A stretch of DNA of 62,677 bases, filler included, from 9 parts of 9 records of this genome joined end to end with filler, not necessarily neighbours in it; one strand, 5' to 3'. Shown: positions 14,301 through 26,996, numbered from the whole stretch's first letter. Program-made: numbers and translations. Notes: generated from the letters alone by a model not told the origin.

Positions 14301-15190
14301 CGGTTGGGACGGCGGGTGCGCACCCGGGCTGCGGCAGCGGGGCCACCTCCGAGCGATAGGTCGGCAGCTGACGGAGTATTGTGGCTCCCGATCTTGTCAC
14401 TGATGTTGTACTTGTAGAGGTCCTTCTCGAACGGGGCCGCGCGCGACCACGACGCCCCCTGCAGCTTGACGACGGAAGTCTCCATGTCGCTCGCGAACGA
14501 GCCCTCCTCGAACGACTGCCCCCCATACATCCGGGACTGCTGCGCCTCGCGCCGCATGCGCGAGTCATTGAACAGATCCTCGAACGCTGCACATACGGCA
14601 CGCACACACCCACACGCGCCAACCTGTCAGACCACCACGGACAGCAACTGCTACTGGCGACACCACTTTCTCTGCCTGTCCGCCCGCACTAATGGCTGCC
14701 CTGCACCCTCCTCGTCCTCTACTGACGACTGGGGCGGACGAAACCCTCCCTCTCCTGCTATCCCCCTTTCATCCCGCTGCCCGTCCGTCTGACATACCGG
14801 CCCAGCGCCACACACAGCAGCCGTTGCCGTTCCCGTCCCTGCCATTCCCCAAACCCCTTCCGATCCCCTGACAGCCACACACCCCATCACCCACACACTA
14901 CACCCCATCCACTCCCGCCCAGCGCATAGCACAGCACTAACCCTAACGCCCTTGCGCTCCGCCTCCCTGGTGGGGCGCCATCATCCTCATCCTGCTGGCC
15001 ATCATCCACCGACAAGCCGTTGCAAATGCTCCCAGCCGCCACATCCCCTCCCTCCCTCCCTCCCACCACAAGCCATCCCCCCCACCACAAGCCATCCCCC
15101 CCCTCTCTGCTGTCAAACCATCGCGAGGATCAAATGCGTACCGTCCTTGTCGTTCTCATCGAGGTAGTCCGGCGGCTCGTTGGCCTCCAT
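2372..15190 (-). CDS. DNAH7: Axonemal dynein heavy chain, single-headed inner-arm type (DNAH7/3/12 group), about 4087 aa, 2 exons
   Basis: 12.2-kb ORF with AAA1 [21 protein letters not shown]...CFDEFNRI, AAA3 GPTGTGKS, AAA4 GVGGSGRQS, stalk/MTBD and C-terminal GHSTNFV. Exon 1 15190-15142 (MEANEPPDYLDENDKD) splices through GT-AG intron 15141-14587. The heavy-chain call is firm; the DNAH7 label is subgroup-level, from the AAA1 signature and EF-hand loop. Confidence 0.95.
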
Positions 15191-15860
15191 CGCGCCGCCG
15201 TGCGCACCGGAATTCCGCCTGAGAGCACTCTGGTTATTTTGCATGAATCAGTCCATACCGATACCCGTAATGTTTTGCAATTTCAGAACCGACTACGCTA
15301 TAATATCATAGTGAATCATATTCACCGTTTCTGATAATAATATACATTTTTGCAACCCGACGCTTGCATGATTCTCCGGGATGATTTTCCGGGAACCCGA
15401 AATTGCTACTGATCGGAGAATTGATTCTTGAGGGATGCCTGCCCCGGTGCCGGGTAGGATTCCTACTGGCATTCCCGGGAATTCAGTACTTCTGGGTGCA
15501 GTTCCATGAAAATGACGAGAATGCACCAACTTCGAGAAACAAAAATCAAGCAATTTTGGGGTGTTCCCAAATCGTCACCGCCACCGTCCGATCCCGATTC
15601 GGGGCTGAGCCGCTGATCAATACCTTCAGTACTGTAAGGATCGCCCTAAAATTGGCCATTTCAGGGCTCTTGGAATTCAGTGCTAAGTGCTATTCGGAGA
15701 ATTCTTTTGAATTATCGCGAGAATTCAACCTGTGCACCAAATGGTAGAGAATTCGAATACAGATGTGTTCAGCACGCATAGGAGCGTGCCCTGGACGCCC
15801 CGCGCAGATTTGCTCACGTCAGCGCATGCGCGTCAGCCACGGCGCGCGCGCGCGGCATCG

Positions 15861-15890
15861 CGCACGCACGCACGCACGCACGCGCGCACG
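15861..15890. repeat. (CGCA)n microsatellite at contig end
   Basis: cgcacgcacgcacgcacgcacgcgcgcacg immediately before the gap. Confidence 0.8.
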
Positions 15891-15990
15891 NNNNNNNNNN
15901 NNNNNNNNNNNNNNNNNNNNNNNNNNNNNNNNNNTTAATTAATTAANNNNNNNNNNNNNNNNNNNNNNNNNNNNNNNNNNNNNNNNNNNN
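15891..15990. other. Artificial contig-concatenation linker 1
   Basis: 44 N + TTAATTAATTAA + 44 N, exactly 100 bp, with stops in all six frames. Confidence 0.97.
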
Positions 15991-16169
15991 GGATCTGAGT
16001 ACCGTATGTTTTCTTGAGTATCTAGCTAGGATACCATACGAGCGGTCACGCACGCACGACCGGCGACCGCGGACGGCGCGACGAACCGCACATCGCGCGC
16101 GGCACCCATTTCTTTGCCGCATATATGCCGCAACCAATCTGAACGTGGGTGCGTGTTGGTTTGTTACCG

Positions 16170-19100
16170 ATGGCTGCAGCGCACCGAGCGTCGCTCCTAG
16201 TGCACGTGCTGACGCTCTCCGCGCAGCTGCAGCCGTTGGTGGCGGGGCCGATGAACTATACCTTCCTTGGGCGTCACCCATTGGACGGTCCATCCGGTGC
16301 CACCGTCGAGATGCAGCGGCCAGCCGGTACCTCTGAGCTCTTGACCACTCACTGAGCAGCTTCGCATTGGGATTCTGTACAGTGTTTACTGCTGCTGGTT
16401 CTTTAGCTACCTTAGCTCATGTGTCTGATATTAGAATCCTGCACCGTCGTTCGTACTTGTCAAAGGTTCGCTTGTTGATCGGAGTAGGTACGGACGCGAG
16501 TCAGGTGACGTATTGCCAGATCGACCGCCACGACCCGAACGTGGGATGGCCGGGGTACTCGAGGCCGAACGGAACTAAACACACGTCCGATGCGATCTTC
16601 ATGCCTGCGACTGCGCTGCCGTCCGGCCGTGTGGCATGCCAGATGACCAAGGGCGAGTTCCCGATGATCACGAGTGGAAACGCGACGCTCAGCGTTCTAC
16701 CAGCGGGCTGCACCAAAGAGAGCTGCGTGCACGTGCCCACCCCCAAGTGCTGCACGGCGACCTCGGGCTATGTTGAACTCTTTGCACTCTTTGAAGTCCA
16801 GTTCGGTCGCCGGCCGTACCTGTACGAAACGAACGGAAGCATGGTCATTCTGACGGATGCATCCCTTGCAGGCGTGAAGCTGCGCCTCACCGCTACCCTG
16901 CCAGGTGGCATCGAGATTGACACGCCTGTACCAGGTGGTCGGAAGTGGCGTGTGCAGTTCGAAATGGTACAACTTCCGGCAAAGATCAATAGAGTGATCA
17001 ATATCTCGCTGACACTGGGGGAAGGTCCGTTTACTGTGACCATCTTCTGTGACTATCTTCTGCGGCCTCACGTACTTACGCCATGGCTTTTTCGTACATC
17101 GCACAAAATCTCGGCGGGCAGGGCTGGGCCAGCACACGATCACCAAGCAGCGCCGCTTTGCTCGTCACCCACCGCCACCGGAAGACTCCACGATTACCGC
17201 ATTCCAGTTGGATCACGAGCGAGGCGGAGCACTGCGGGCGAGCGGTGCTGAATTTCTCCCACAGGGTTGGTTTGTGAGTGGGCCGAACGATGATCTCACT
17301 GTGCTAGACGATTCAAATAGAACGCCAAAAGTGCTGTTGGTGGGCTGGCCGACGATGATTTGTTTGTGTGTATCAGAATGGTGGCTACAACCACCAGGTC
17401 AACGGGCTCGGGGCCAAGTTCTTTGCGCAGCAATTCGGCGCCCCAGAGCCGAACTGGTACACTCCTGCAGCACCATGCTAACTGTCATTGAGACGCCTCT
17501 GAGGAAGGGTTGCGACAGTCTGTGTTTCTTAGCAGGGACAGCACTCTATAGCGACCCGTAAGCTTCTAACTCTGTTCTCGTGTGAACACAGGTTTGAGCG
17601 GCAGTCCTTGAATCTAGGTGCAATTGCACAGCATTGGGGCGCGCGTGGGTTGAACTTTGTGAGGTTTCAGAGTCAGGTTTTTACTGACTGGAGTGTCCAC
17701 AACGATCCGGTGGTGCGTGTACGACCACTCCCGTTCCGCTCGATCTGATTCTACCACAGCCTTTGTATTTGAGATCCTAACAATTCACGTGGTGTACTGG
17801 GATCAATTTCAGGTGAGGGAGCAGCAGCTTGCCGCCTTCAAGCTATATCTCGACGAGTGTGCAATGGCAGGCGTATACGTGCTGCTGGACTCAGGTATTG
17901 ATCCACTAGCAATTGCAGGCTTCAACGGCACACACGGAACTGCATGGACAGAATTGGTGAGTGCTGAGCCTGGCCATCAGACAGATAGCAGTGTGGCGAT
18001 GTTGGCTATGGCTGTGCTGCTGGAGCCAAATTACGTCCATCGTTTAAGCTCCCTTGGGTTTGGAAATCGGCCTGCATGCAAGCGGCTTCAGTTCAAACTA
18101 ATGTAAGCAGTCGACAATGAATCGACTTGAACTTGTTGCAGGTTGGGAATCTCTCTCTGGTGAATACACATCCGGCATTTGGTGGGTACGTATATTCGCG
18201 GCAATGCGGCAAAGTTTCGCATTTTTAATCGCAACGCTGTGCTCTGCGAAGGTACTATGGATGTGACGACTGCTGCCACATGGGTTCCAACATCAACGAG
18301 CATGAATACCGCGGGATAGAGACGATACGCGAGGCCATCTATGAAATTGATCCTTTTCATCTATTTATCGGAAGTTCCACTTGTGGAAACATTTGGATGT
18401 GGACAGTGAGATCTAGATAGGTGCTGTCAATGTCATACGGTACACACTGACTGGTTAGTTGTGCATGGACTGCAGGAGGGGCTCGAACTCAATCCTGGCT
18501 TTGGCATCAGCGACGTGGGACTAGATGTTGTGATGCGTGAGCACTATTCTGGAACGATACCGGATTGGAATGCCCCCCACTGGACGCAGCCAGTGCCATT
18601 TGAAGGCACAAAGTGAGTCAGATGCTTGTCTGTCTAGGTCTTGATGTCAAAGATTAATCGTCGTTTACGATGCTGCAGAGTACTTGCCGTTCACTGTGCA
18701 ACCTTCAGCAATCAGGCTCAGCTTGCCCTTTGTGTGAGTACAGGACACGGGAGCTGGACCAGCGGTACTATCCCATGCAGCTGTCTGCACTGTGGGATAT
18801 GCCAGAAAGCCCAGACGGTTTCACGAACGACGCTGGCAACAAGTACAAAGCTTTTATGTACGCGAATCTCATTGCGGAGGGCAAGGTCAGCGTGAACGTA
18901 TTTGCGTATGATGACAACAGTGCAGAGTCTTGGGAGCGCGGCAGTGCGCTGTACCAGTTTGCAGCAGAGGCACGAGAGCTGCAAGCTAGCCTACACTCAG
19001 CCTTCCCATTCCTGGAGGGTTGCGACGCTACACGTAATAGCTCCACACCATTAGCTGGGCATACAGCTAACAGTGAGCCCAGCGTCGAGACGACCACAAC

Positions 19101-20501
19101 GCCAGAATGCACAAAGTTTGCGGGTTCACCGTCGAACACACGCAAGCCCTGGCAAGGGCCGGTTAATTGCGGTGTCTATGCGCGCGCGTTTCGCGAGGCC
19201 TCACCATTTTTTTGTGTTCATGTGGTTGCGGTCAATCCCAACGCATATCCTGCCATGGCAAATTTTCAGGTCTATGGTATGAGAGACGCGATTGCAGCCG
19301 GCGCAGACGGTCCACTTGCGGCAAACTGCAGGTACATGGGAAATCCAGGGCAGCCGGCTCCGGAGTTCTGTGCACTGAGGCTCTTTGATCAACAGTATGC
19401 GGTGAACATCACAGCCGCGGTGGCGACTGAAACGGTCGCGTTCAGTGATATGATTGCTGGATCCTCGGCTGCGGTATACCGTATCGGTGCGTATGGCAAC
19501 CTTACAATCGACTATACTACTATCCAACTGACCACTTTCTATCTTACTCACTATAAGTACCGTACAGGTTGCGCTATACCACCGCTTCCAATGCCGAAAG
19601 ATGAAGGCCAGAACCTCGTTTTTGATGGTGCGAACGTTTTACCTCTTCTTGAGCAGTGAATTCCACATCGATGCTAAACCGCGCGCGCTCCGTATGGAAA
19701 TGCAATCGTGGCAAACGATCCTTTCAGGCGACTTCGAAGGTGTAGACTTGGCTGTACCATCGAAGTTTTCTCAACAACCGGGTTCGCCTAAGCCTGGTCA
19801 CTCACTCTATCCGAAAGTCGGCGGGGCAGATGTCTGGCAGATTCTTCACGGCGAGCCGCCACTACCACCGCAGCTTGGGATCCAGAATGACGATCTCCGA
19901 GCACAGATTCGACCAGATACTTCGCGGCCATGGCACGGACGGCACGCCCTGCGGCTGATGCTACCGGCAGCAAACTCTCACACGATTCTTCCGATTCCAC
20001 TACTTGCAGGATCGTACGGCACAGAGGGCGCTGAGCTTAATGAGTGGACTCTGCGGCTACGCCTGCGTGCATCACCTGCCATTGCGAACTTGAGCGTCGT
20101 GAGCGGTGGCTGCTACATTGGTGGTGGGGTGAAAAACGCTTCGGGGTGGTTTGGCGCGTACTACGTGCCCTGCCCGGACTTGCCAACGACCGCAAAGGTG
20201 AGCTCGGAACTCCACGCATAGTGCCAGTCGCTCATCGCAAAGCATGTGTGGTGGGTGCTCGTGCTAGCGTGTGATTCTGATCTCAATGCCAATGTTTGGA
20301 CTGGTCCAGATCGGTGACGTCTGGGGGCAAACTACCGCGCACGTCGGGCCAGACTGGGGCGAGTTCTCAATCAATATCATCAACGCAACAATGTGGAGTC
20401 ACAACATTTGGCTCAACTTCAGTACTCCAGCGAGGCTTGGCACTCGCGTCTGGCTCGACGGAGTGACACTCACGATGAAAAACCACTCCGACGCAGTGTG
20501 A
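16170..20501 (+). CDS. Secreted multi-exon protein with putative clan GH-A-like TIM barrel and C-terminal CBM4/9-like beta-sandwich
   Basis: Signal-like N-terminus MAAAHRASLLVHVLTLSAQ; GT-AG introns (e.g. 16327-16487, 17023-17120). Spliced segments YLDECAMAGVYVLLD, THPAFGGYYGCDDCCH...IYEIDPFH, LDVVMREHY; C-terminal NLVFDG-DFEG...GRHALRL...VWLDGVTL. Exons around 17450-17810 and 18600-18750 are not fully resolved. Confidence 0.55.
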
Positions 20502-20765
20502 TAGTAAAATCTTTGTGCACGACTTCCGGAGGTGTCACAGATAATCAATATACCGGCGTTCATGCTGGGGTCAACTTGCGGTGCATGTAATGCGCGCGAG
20601 TGCAGCATACACGACGTCGGTGCAAGAGCGCACGTAGATAAAACCTTCGTATGGTAGCGTTCAAAACAATGCATACAAGCCATAGCTTCTGGAATTTGAT
20701 GTAGCTTGGATCCCATGCACGATGCATGGTTGGTCTAGTCACACATCGAAACTTTGCTCCTGTTG

Positions 20766-22786
20766 CTACTCATCGCTGTGGGTATTGCGTCCCATTGGCG
20801 ACTCGCGGACAAGGTCACCACGGTCGTACTCACGTTGGGTCTCTGCGCCTTCCACACTTCTCCACAAGCCAGTGCCATGCATGTCATCCATGAACCTGGA
20901 GGCACAAAACAGTAAGGATGTCAAGTAAGAGGCCTGGAGGCTGTGCCAACCGAGCACTCTGAGACATCGAGGCGGTCATCGAGGGAGTAACTCACCACGG
21001 CCCTTCCCACCGACAGCCTGCGTACTCGCCGACAGACCAGGTCATGACGCCAGGAGCACCGGAGCTGGCGTACGTATGCCGATAGCCCTTTTGCCACGGA
21101 CCCTCGTAGCAGCTGCCGTCTGGCCAAGTGCACTTGCCATCGTGGCCATGAAACAGGCCCTGGCGCCACGGGCCGGTGTAGTGCTGGCCTTGCGGGTTGT
21201 GGTACACGCCCATCGAGCCTTCTGGTCGGTCCTGGACCCAACTTCCTTGATAGTACTCCCCTATGCAGCCACATGCGCAAGCACGCAGACAGTTAGCCGA
21301 ACGCGGTATCCCTCTGTGATCTTGTCTACGCGGCGATTTGCTCCGCGTATTCACCGTTAGAGTAGCGCATCGTCCCATCCTCGCCGTGCTTGACCAACGC
21401 GCCAGTCGGGTCGAGCAGCATTGGACCGGTGTACACGCCTTCGAGGGTCTTCACCTCACGCTTGTACGTAACCATGGCGCTCGTAGCAGCCGCACGCTGA
21501 GAAGGCGAGGTGTTGTACTGATGGATAGGCGACGGACTCCCCCCACTGCCACTGAAGTCGCTCGCCGTGCGGTCGGTACCGACGGAGTCAGTGGCACGGC
21601 CTGGGGAACGAGAGAGCCATGAGTCGTTCCCTTGAGTAGAATCGTAGCGCCCACCGCCAACTGGCAGCTGGTTGCGCAGCTGCTCCGCAAGCACTGCCAC
21701 GTCAAACTCCTCCCGAGTGATCACGCCGTCTTTGTTGAAATCCATTTTGCTGAAGAGATCCTATATCAACACGCCCGTCGCGCGCCGCAAGTCGTCATCA
21801 AACGAAAAGCGCGAGTGCACAATTGTCAGGCTCGCAAACTACCGATGGCGGTAGACATGTCCCCGTGTAAGTGGAGACAAGGGTGCTAAGGTATGCATCT
21901 GATGCTGAATCTCACCTGAGTTTCTGTCAGAGGAGACTTGGCGAGTTGCGCCTCCAGCTGGGAGCTCAGCTGAAGCTGCGCAGTTTCGCGCAGCTGGGCC
22001 TCGCTTGCGCGCTGCTGCTGTCGCGCCTCTATCCCAGCCGCAGAAGCTCCCACAGCATCGACAGAGTCGTCCGCGGGCTGGAGCTCGGCCTGGGATGAAG
22101 GAGAGCTAGATGCATGTGGCGCAGCCTTTTCTGCTGACAGTGCTGACTGCTGCTCGGGACCAGACGGATCATTGGTAATCAGTTGAGGAACAGTTCGTTC
22201 CCGCGGGCTCAGCTTTGGACTTCGTGCAGACACGGCGCGTGGTTGCGGCGGCTGTTCTGGCTCTGGCTCGGGGTTTGGCTGCGTCGCCATTTCGTCTGCA
22301 AGCATCTGCAGCCGATTATCCTCGGCACTTGCTGTCTTTGCGGCAAGCACAGCTTCCTTTACAACTTCTTCTTTCAAACGGGCGAGCTCTGCTTGGTAGG
22401 ATGCCTCTCTGTCTGCTTCCCGTTTTGCAGCAAGCTCCAGCTGCAGCTGTGACTGCTTAGCCGCTTCTGCTTCCCGCTGTGTCGCAAGCTCCAGCTGAAG
22501 CTGTGTCTGCTTCGCGAATTCTGCTTTGGCAGCACGCAACTCTTCCGCCACCATCTCCCTCACCTGAGAAAGCTCTGCGAGGTGTTCAGCTTTCAACCTC
22601 TGCAGCTCCGTGTTTTTGGCTGCTAGCTCAGTCACTGCATTCATTGCCACGTCAGCCACTGCATCTGCTGCTCGGGACCGTGCTGTTGTGGCGTTATGCT
22701 CTGGGTCTGGATATGGGTATGGGTTCGGCTCTGGCTCTGCGTCCGGCTCTGCCTCAGCGACGCTGAGCTGCTCACCGAGAGCGCTC
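20766..22786 (-). CDS. Coiled-coil + EF-hand + MORN-repeat protein (5' truncated, multi-exon)
   Basis: Frame open to the contig edge; E/A/Q-rich coiled coil; EF loop DFNKDGVITREE; MORN repeats YYQGSWVQDRPEG, HYTGPWRQGLFHG, CYEGPWQKGYRH, WEGPWFMDDMHGTG; canonical GT-AG junctions between ORFs. Confidence 0.8.
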
Positions 22787-22886
22787 NNNNNNNNNNNNNN
22801 NNNNNNNNNNNNNNNNNNNNNNNNNNNNNNTTAATTAATTAANNNNNNNNNNNNNNNNNNNNNNNNNNNNNNNNNNNNNNNNNNNN
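22787..22886. other. Artificial contig-concatenation linker 2
   Basis: 44 N + TTAATTAATTAA + 44 N. Confidence 0.97.
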
Positions 22887-24123
22887 ATGGCCACAAGTTC
22901 GCGCTGCATCATATGCACGGCTCTCGCATGGACGCTGGCGCGCCCGCGAGTGGATGGCATCAAGATTACGAGCAGTATCCGCAAACAGATCGTGAGCTAC
23001 GTATGGTAAGGTTGCACTCAAACATTACGTTCAGCCTGTTGCAGTTGCTACCACTGACGCAGACCTTGACCCTGCAGATCCACGCGTTCAATTATATCGA
23101 TGGTCTGAGCGGCGAAGTAGGAGATCTCCTACTTTTGCCAGGCTCACACAAACGGTGCGCTCAAATCGTGTCGTCTTGAGAATTTCGTCAGTTGAGAGAG
23201 AGTTGTTGTGGAACAGAGTATACGGCCGCAGTGCCTTCGGTGGCTTGTTCGGCTCGAGCCATCTACCTGGCGCAATCGCGTTTGACAACCTTCCACCAGG
23301 AACGACAATACTGGCGCACTCTGCCTGCCTGCACGGTAGACGACCGCGGGCCGGTCCAGGTCCGCGTTATTTCGTGAGTCTATTATTTTGTGAATGCAAT
23401 GCCTATTTGCCAAATGCGGACATATCCTGATCGGATATCTTTTAAGATGAGGCTGTCCAAATCTGCCTGAACATCAACCACAGATCGACTGCAGCTATTG
23501 CGAGCGCATTGAGGACGCACATGGCACCCCACTGCGCCAATGGTGTTCCTATCCTAACCTGGTCGACCTCACCCACCAAGTACGCCTCCAGAACTCTTCC
23601 CTTTAGACCCGTGCGTGAGGCTGAGAGTATATTGCTGTGTGAGTGTCGCAGGAGACCATCAACCGTGTCGCCCTGGAGGCTGGCCACGGCCGCGGTGGTG
23701 ATTTCGATTTCGTTTTCGACACAAGTTTGTTCTACGACCAGTCGATAGCTCCAGTTGTCTCGGCCTCTCACCGTGTTGATCAAAGCGGTCTTCTCCGGTG
23801 CGTACACGCAACTGTGGCTATCCAACCTTCGCGCTCTTCTACCCATCTCGTTGTCCAGAAAATCACGCTGCTGTGCTGCGGCACTGCACCGACATCGAGT
23901 CACAATTGCTTTGGCCAACTCTTTCAGGCGATCCGGACTGTCGGGGGGGCAGGCTGAAGCTGCACGAGCTGCCAGGATCGCGCTTGAGCAAATGGGTGCC
24001 GCAGACGAGCCGCGGGAGACGGCGGAAGAAGGCGAAGCCCATGACGGACGAGACTTGGTTCAAACTGCAGCAGCGCACGGCAGTAGCTTGCCGGCGTATC
24101 GAGAGCATGGGTGGGTGATGTGA
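22887..24123 (+). CDS. Phytanoyl-CoA dioxygenase (PhyH)-family Fe(II)/2OG dioxygenase (5' truncated, about 6 exons)
   Basis: Spliced translation ...SGWHQDYEQYP...MIHAFNYIDGL...LLLLPGSHK...PGTTILAHSACLHGRRP...PRYFIDCSYC gives the HxD...H facial triad, PGSH motif and 2OG-binding Arg; frame of the last exon is uncertain. Confidence 0.8.
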
Positions 24124-24388
24124 AGGAGCTGTGTCCTTTCGATCGCCCAGCTTTGAGCGCGAGAGTTGCGGCATGTAATGTACCACAAACGAAGCATTGC
24201 TTGGCATTCACAGATCAACGAGACTCTAACTCAACACCATCCTCTCGTGAATATTAAGGTAGACCCATTGGGGTTCTACGCATCGATCATCGACACTCGT
24301 GCCGTTCTAGCTAGAACGTCAACCCGCCCACTGGCTGACTATGTCGCACACGCGCTGGTGGTGTGCCCGAGGTCCTCCTCCTAATTTC

Positions 24389-26523
24389 TTAGTAACCATC
24401 GTCATCCGAGTCGCTCGTCGAGTCATCGTCGTTGTCGTCCACCTGGGGAACAGTACCTGTGGCTGGACCCGCGGGAACGAACGCTCCCGCGGTGAGACTT
24501 ATCGAACCCATAACTTCGCCAGCCAGCGAAGAACCGCCCATACTGGGCATGACAGAGCCTAGCGGTTTCTGAGCAAATGGGTTGTTCAAGCCATTGGCTC
24601 GATTGGCCGCTGCCTGGGAGACAATCTTCGCCTGCATGATCTCTTCCTCCGTCAGGCCACCCTCCTCGTCGTCATCGATCTCTCCACCTTCGCCATTCCA
24701 ACCCTGCCGCGCAGCAAAAGAGCACAGTATGGTCAACTGGCGTGCCTAAGAAGCGCAACTAGAAGAGCGAGCGCGGCACGTTCACTCGTAAGACAAGTGC
24801 CAACAGTACGTAGGGGCGAAATCTGTCTACAATGTCTCACCATCTCCTTCATCAGTCGCTCGAAATCAAGGTCAGCGTTCTGGTCCTGAGGGGCGTTGTC
24901 CAAGGCCAACATGTTGGGTTCAAACCCAGATTCGCCATCCCGTGTGCTCAGCGGGTGCTGAGACAGCAGTGCAGACTGCCTCTGCTGTTCCTGCTGGGCT
25001 GATGAAGCATTCGAAGTAGTATCGTCTGCTGTGGAGCTTGGAGCAGGCGCTCCGCTCCCGTTGCCGTTGGCTGTTGGTCGGCTTGCTGGCATTTCAATCC
25101 CACGGGCAAGAGCAAGGCGGTCGCCTAGCTTCTTTGTACCTCGGTCACGATCGCGGTTGCGATCCAGGGCGCCGTTCCGAGATCCGGTACCACCATTGCG
25201 ACTCGGCAGCCGGTTGGAGTCCCCGCGCTGCTGCTGGTTCAGCTGTTGCGGAGGCGGGCGAATAGCTTGTGCTCTCACATCTTGTTGGAATGGAATCTGT
25301 GCAGCGGCCTTGGCTGTCTGATTTTTGTTCCGCTGGATCAGCTCCATTGCTGCAGCATTTGGATCGACAGTCGCAGGCTGGTCATCGGACACTGGGTTCT
25401 GTTCTGCCCCACGATCCGCTGGGCGCACGTAAGGCACAGTTTGAGCACCAGGAGCACCGAAGCCACTGGGCAGAATGGATCCAACGGACACAACCGAGCC
25501 GGCATCCTTTTTCGCCGCGTTACTGAGGTCGTCGGGTAAGCGCATGCCCTGAGGTGCGGCACCCTTTTTGAGGAATGCGCTGAAGTCAGTAGCCTTTGAC
25601 TCTGACGGCTTAGCGTCCGCTGCCCCTCTCGACGGGTTAGCTACGGCTGCAGCAGGCTCCGCAGCAGGTGGAGCAGACGGAGCAGCGGCTGCAAGTGCAC
25701 CCGCTGTTCCAGGTGCGGCAGCAGCTCCGCCGCCTCCGTTGTTGTTCCATCCAGCCGTCGACATCCCGCGCCCTGAGGCACTCTGCGCCATGCGCGGATT
25801 GTATGGAGCCAGCGATTTCTGTACGAGCTTCGGTTTTGGCTGTGGCTGCTGCTGCTGTGGCTGTGGTGCCCGATTCTGCGAACCGCGGCCCATGCCTTGC
25901 ATAGGCCCACTGGATCCTCCCAGACCAGGCCGCGCGTCGGCTGCCAACGTCGGCTGGAACATGCACGCACCCACGCAGTTCAGCACCGGTCTGCAAGTGA
26001 AGCAGCTAAAAAGCTAGTGGCGTGCACGCACGAAATCCTTGTCAAAGCGAGTGGGCGGCGCAGTCCTCTTGGGCGCCTCTTCCGAACGGGACCTCGAGAG
26101 GACACTCGTTGGTCCGCCTGTATTCAGGCGCGGATAGTCGTCGCGCGGGGTCTCTCGTCCCCGGCCAGCAGCAGGCGGCTGACCGAAGCTCCTCCCGCCC
26201 ATCCTATCCTGGGGCGGCCCGCTGAGACTTCGCCCGCTGATGCCACGGCCCATTCCCACCGCGCCGTCCGGAGGCGGCGCGTGGCTATGTGGCCCACCCA
26301 ATCCTGGCGGAGGCGGTGCATGTGTCCGCGGAGCGAGCGGGAAGCTCGGCGCGCCACTGCCACCGAACGGTGCCCCTGGGCAAACAGACACGCAGCACGT
26401 TAGGTGTGGCACAGCTAGCTAGGCAATCGGTGGGCTGCGAACTGGCTGGCGCTTACCCCCGGAGGACGGAAACTGTCCGAAGGAAGATGACCGCATGTCC
26501 ACCGTCCTCTGAGCGTCAATCAT
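24389..26523 (-). CDS. Hypothetical low-complexity (G/P/R/Q/A-rich) disordered protein with acidic C-terminus, about 4 exons
   Basis: ORFs 26014-26412, 24733-25986 and 24389-24736 join in frame through GT-AG introns; short first exon MIDAQRTVDMRSSSFGQFPSSG followed by a gtaagc donor; no recognisable domain. Confidence 0.6.
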
Positions 26524-26996
26524 CGTCGGCGACGCCGGCCGCCATCCCGCACCTGCTCTCTCAAGCGTGACGGAATGGACGGTCGCCGCACGCCGAGTCT
26601 ATCCTCGCGCACCCCACTGCCGCCCCAACCCTGGACAGGGTGCCCTGCCGCCGGGCACCCTGTCAATCCCGCACCGCAGGCTGGGTTGGTCTAACAGTTG
26701 TTCCACTCCCTGCAGCCCACAACCCGCCAGACGCCACGTACACGCTGCGTGCGCCCTCAGAGCATGCACCGCCCGCGCTGGTACTACCTATCCACCAGTC
26801 TGACACTCACGCTGCCCACACTGCCAACGCACCCCACCGGAACGCCAGTCCTCCGGTATGGTTGCAGGCTTGCGCCGCCGCAGACGCCGACGGCCCTCAG
26901 TTGCTAGTTGTTGCCAACAAGCCAGCCTTACACCCCCAGCTGCCCCTCCTCCACCCCCTCCACCGCTCCCTATCCTCGCTCTTCCCTACCAGAGGC

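Noticed and set aside
436-14359. Numerous antisense and alternate-frame ORFs over the ACAD and dynein genes (also 29050-30042 and 60393-61028)
   Set aside because: Shadow ORFs caused by GC-rich codon bias; no recognisable motifs
14937-14946. Telomere-like CTAACCCTAA in the dynein intron
   Set aside because: Fewer than two units inside a C/A-rich low-complexity intron
15935-15946. TTAATTAATTAA as a piggyBac TTAA target, PacI site or biological repeat (eight copies)
   Set aside because: Always centred in exactly 44+44 Ns; it is an all-frame-stop assembly linker
16327-16487. Introner-like element (GGTAC at both intron ends)
   Set aside because: Explained by an ordinary G|GT proto-splice context; no terminal inverted repeats or shared sequence among introns could be seen by eye
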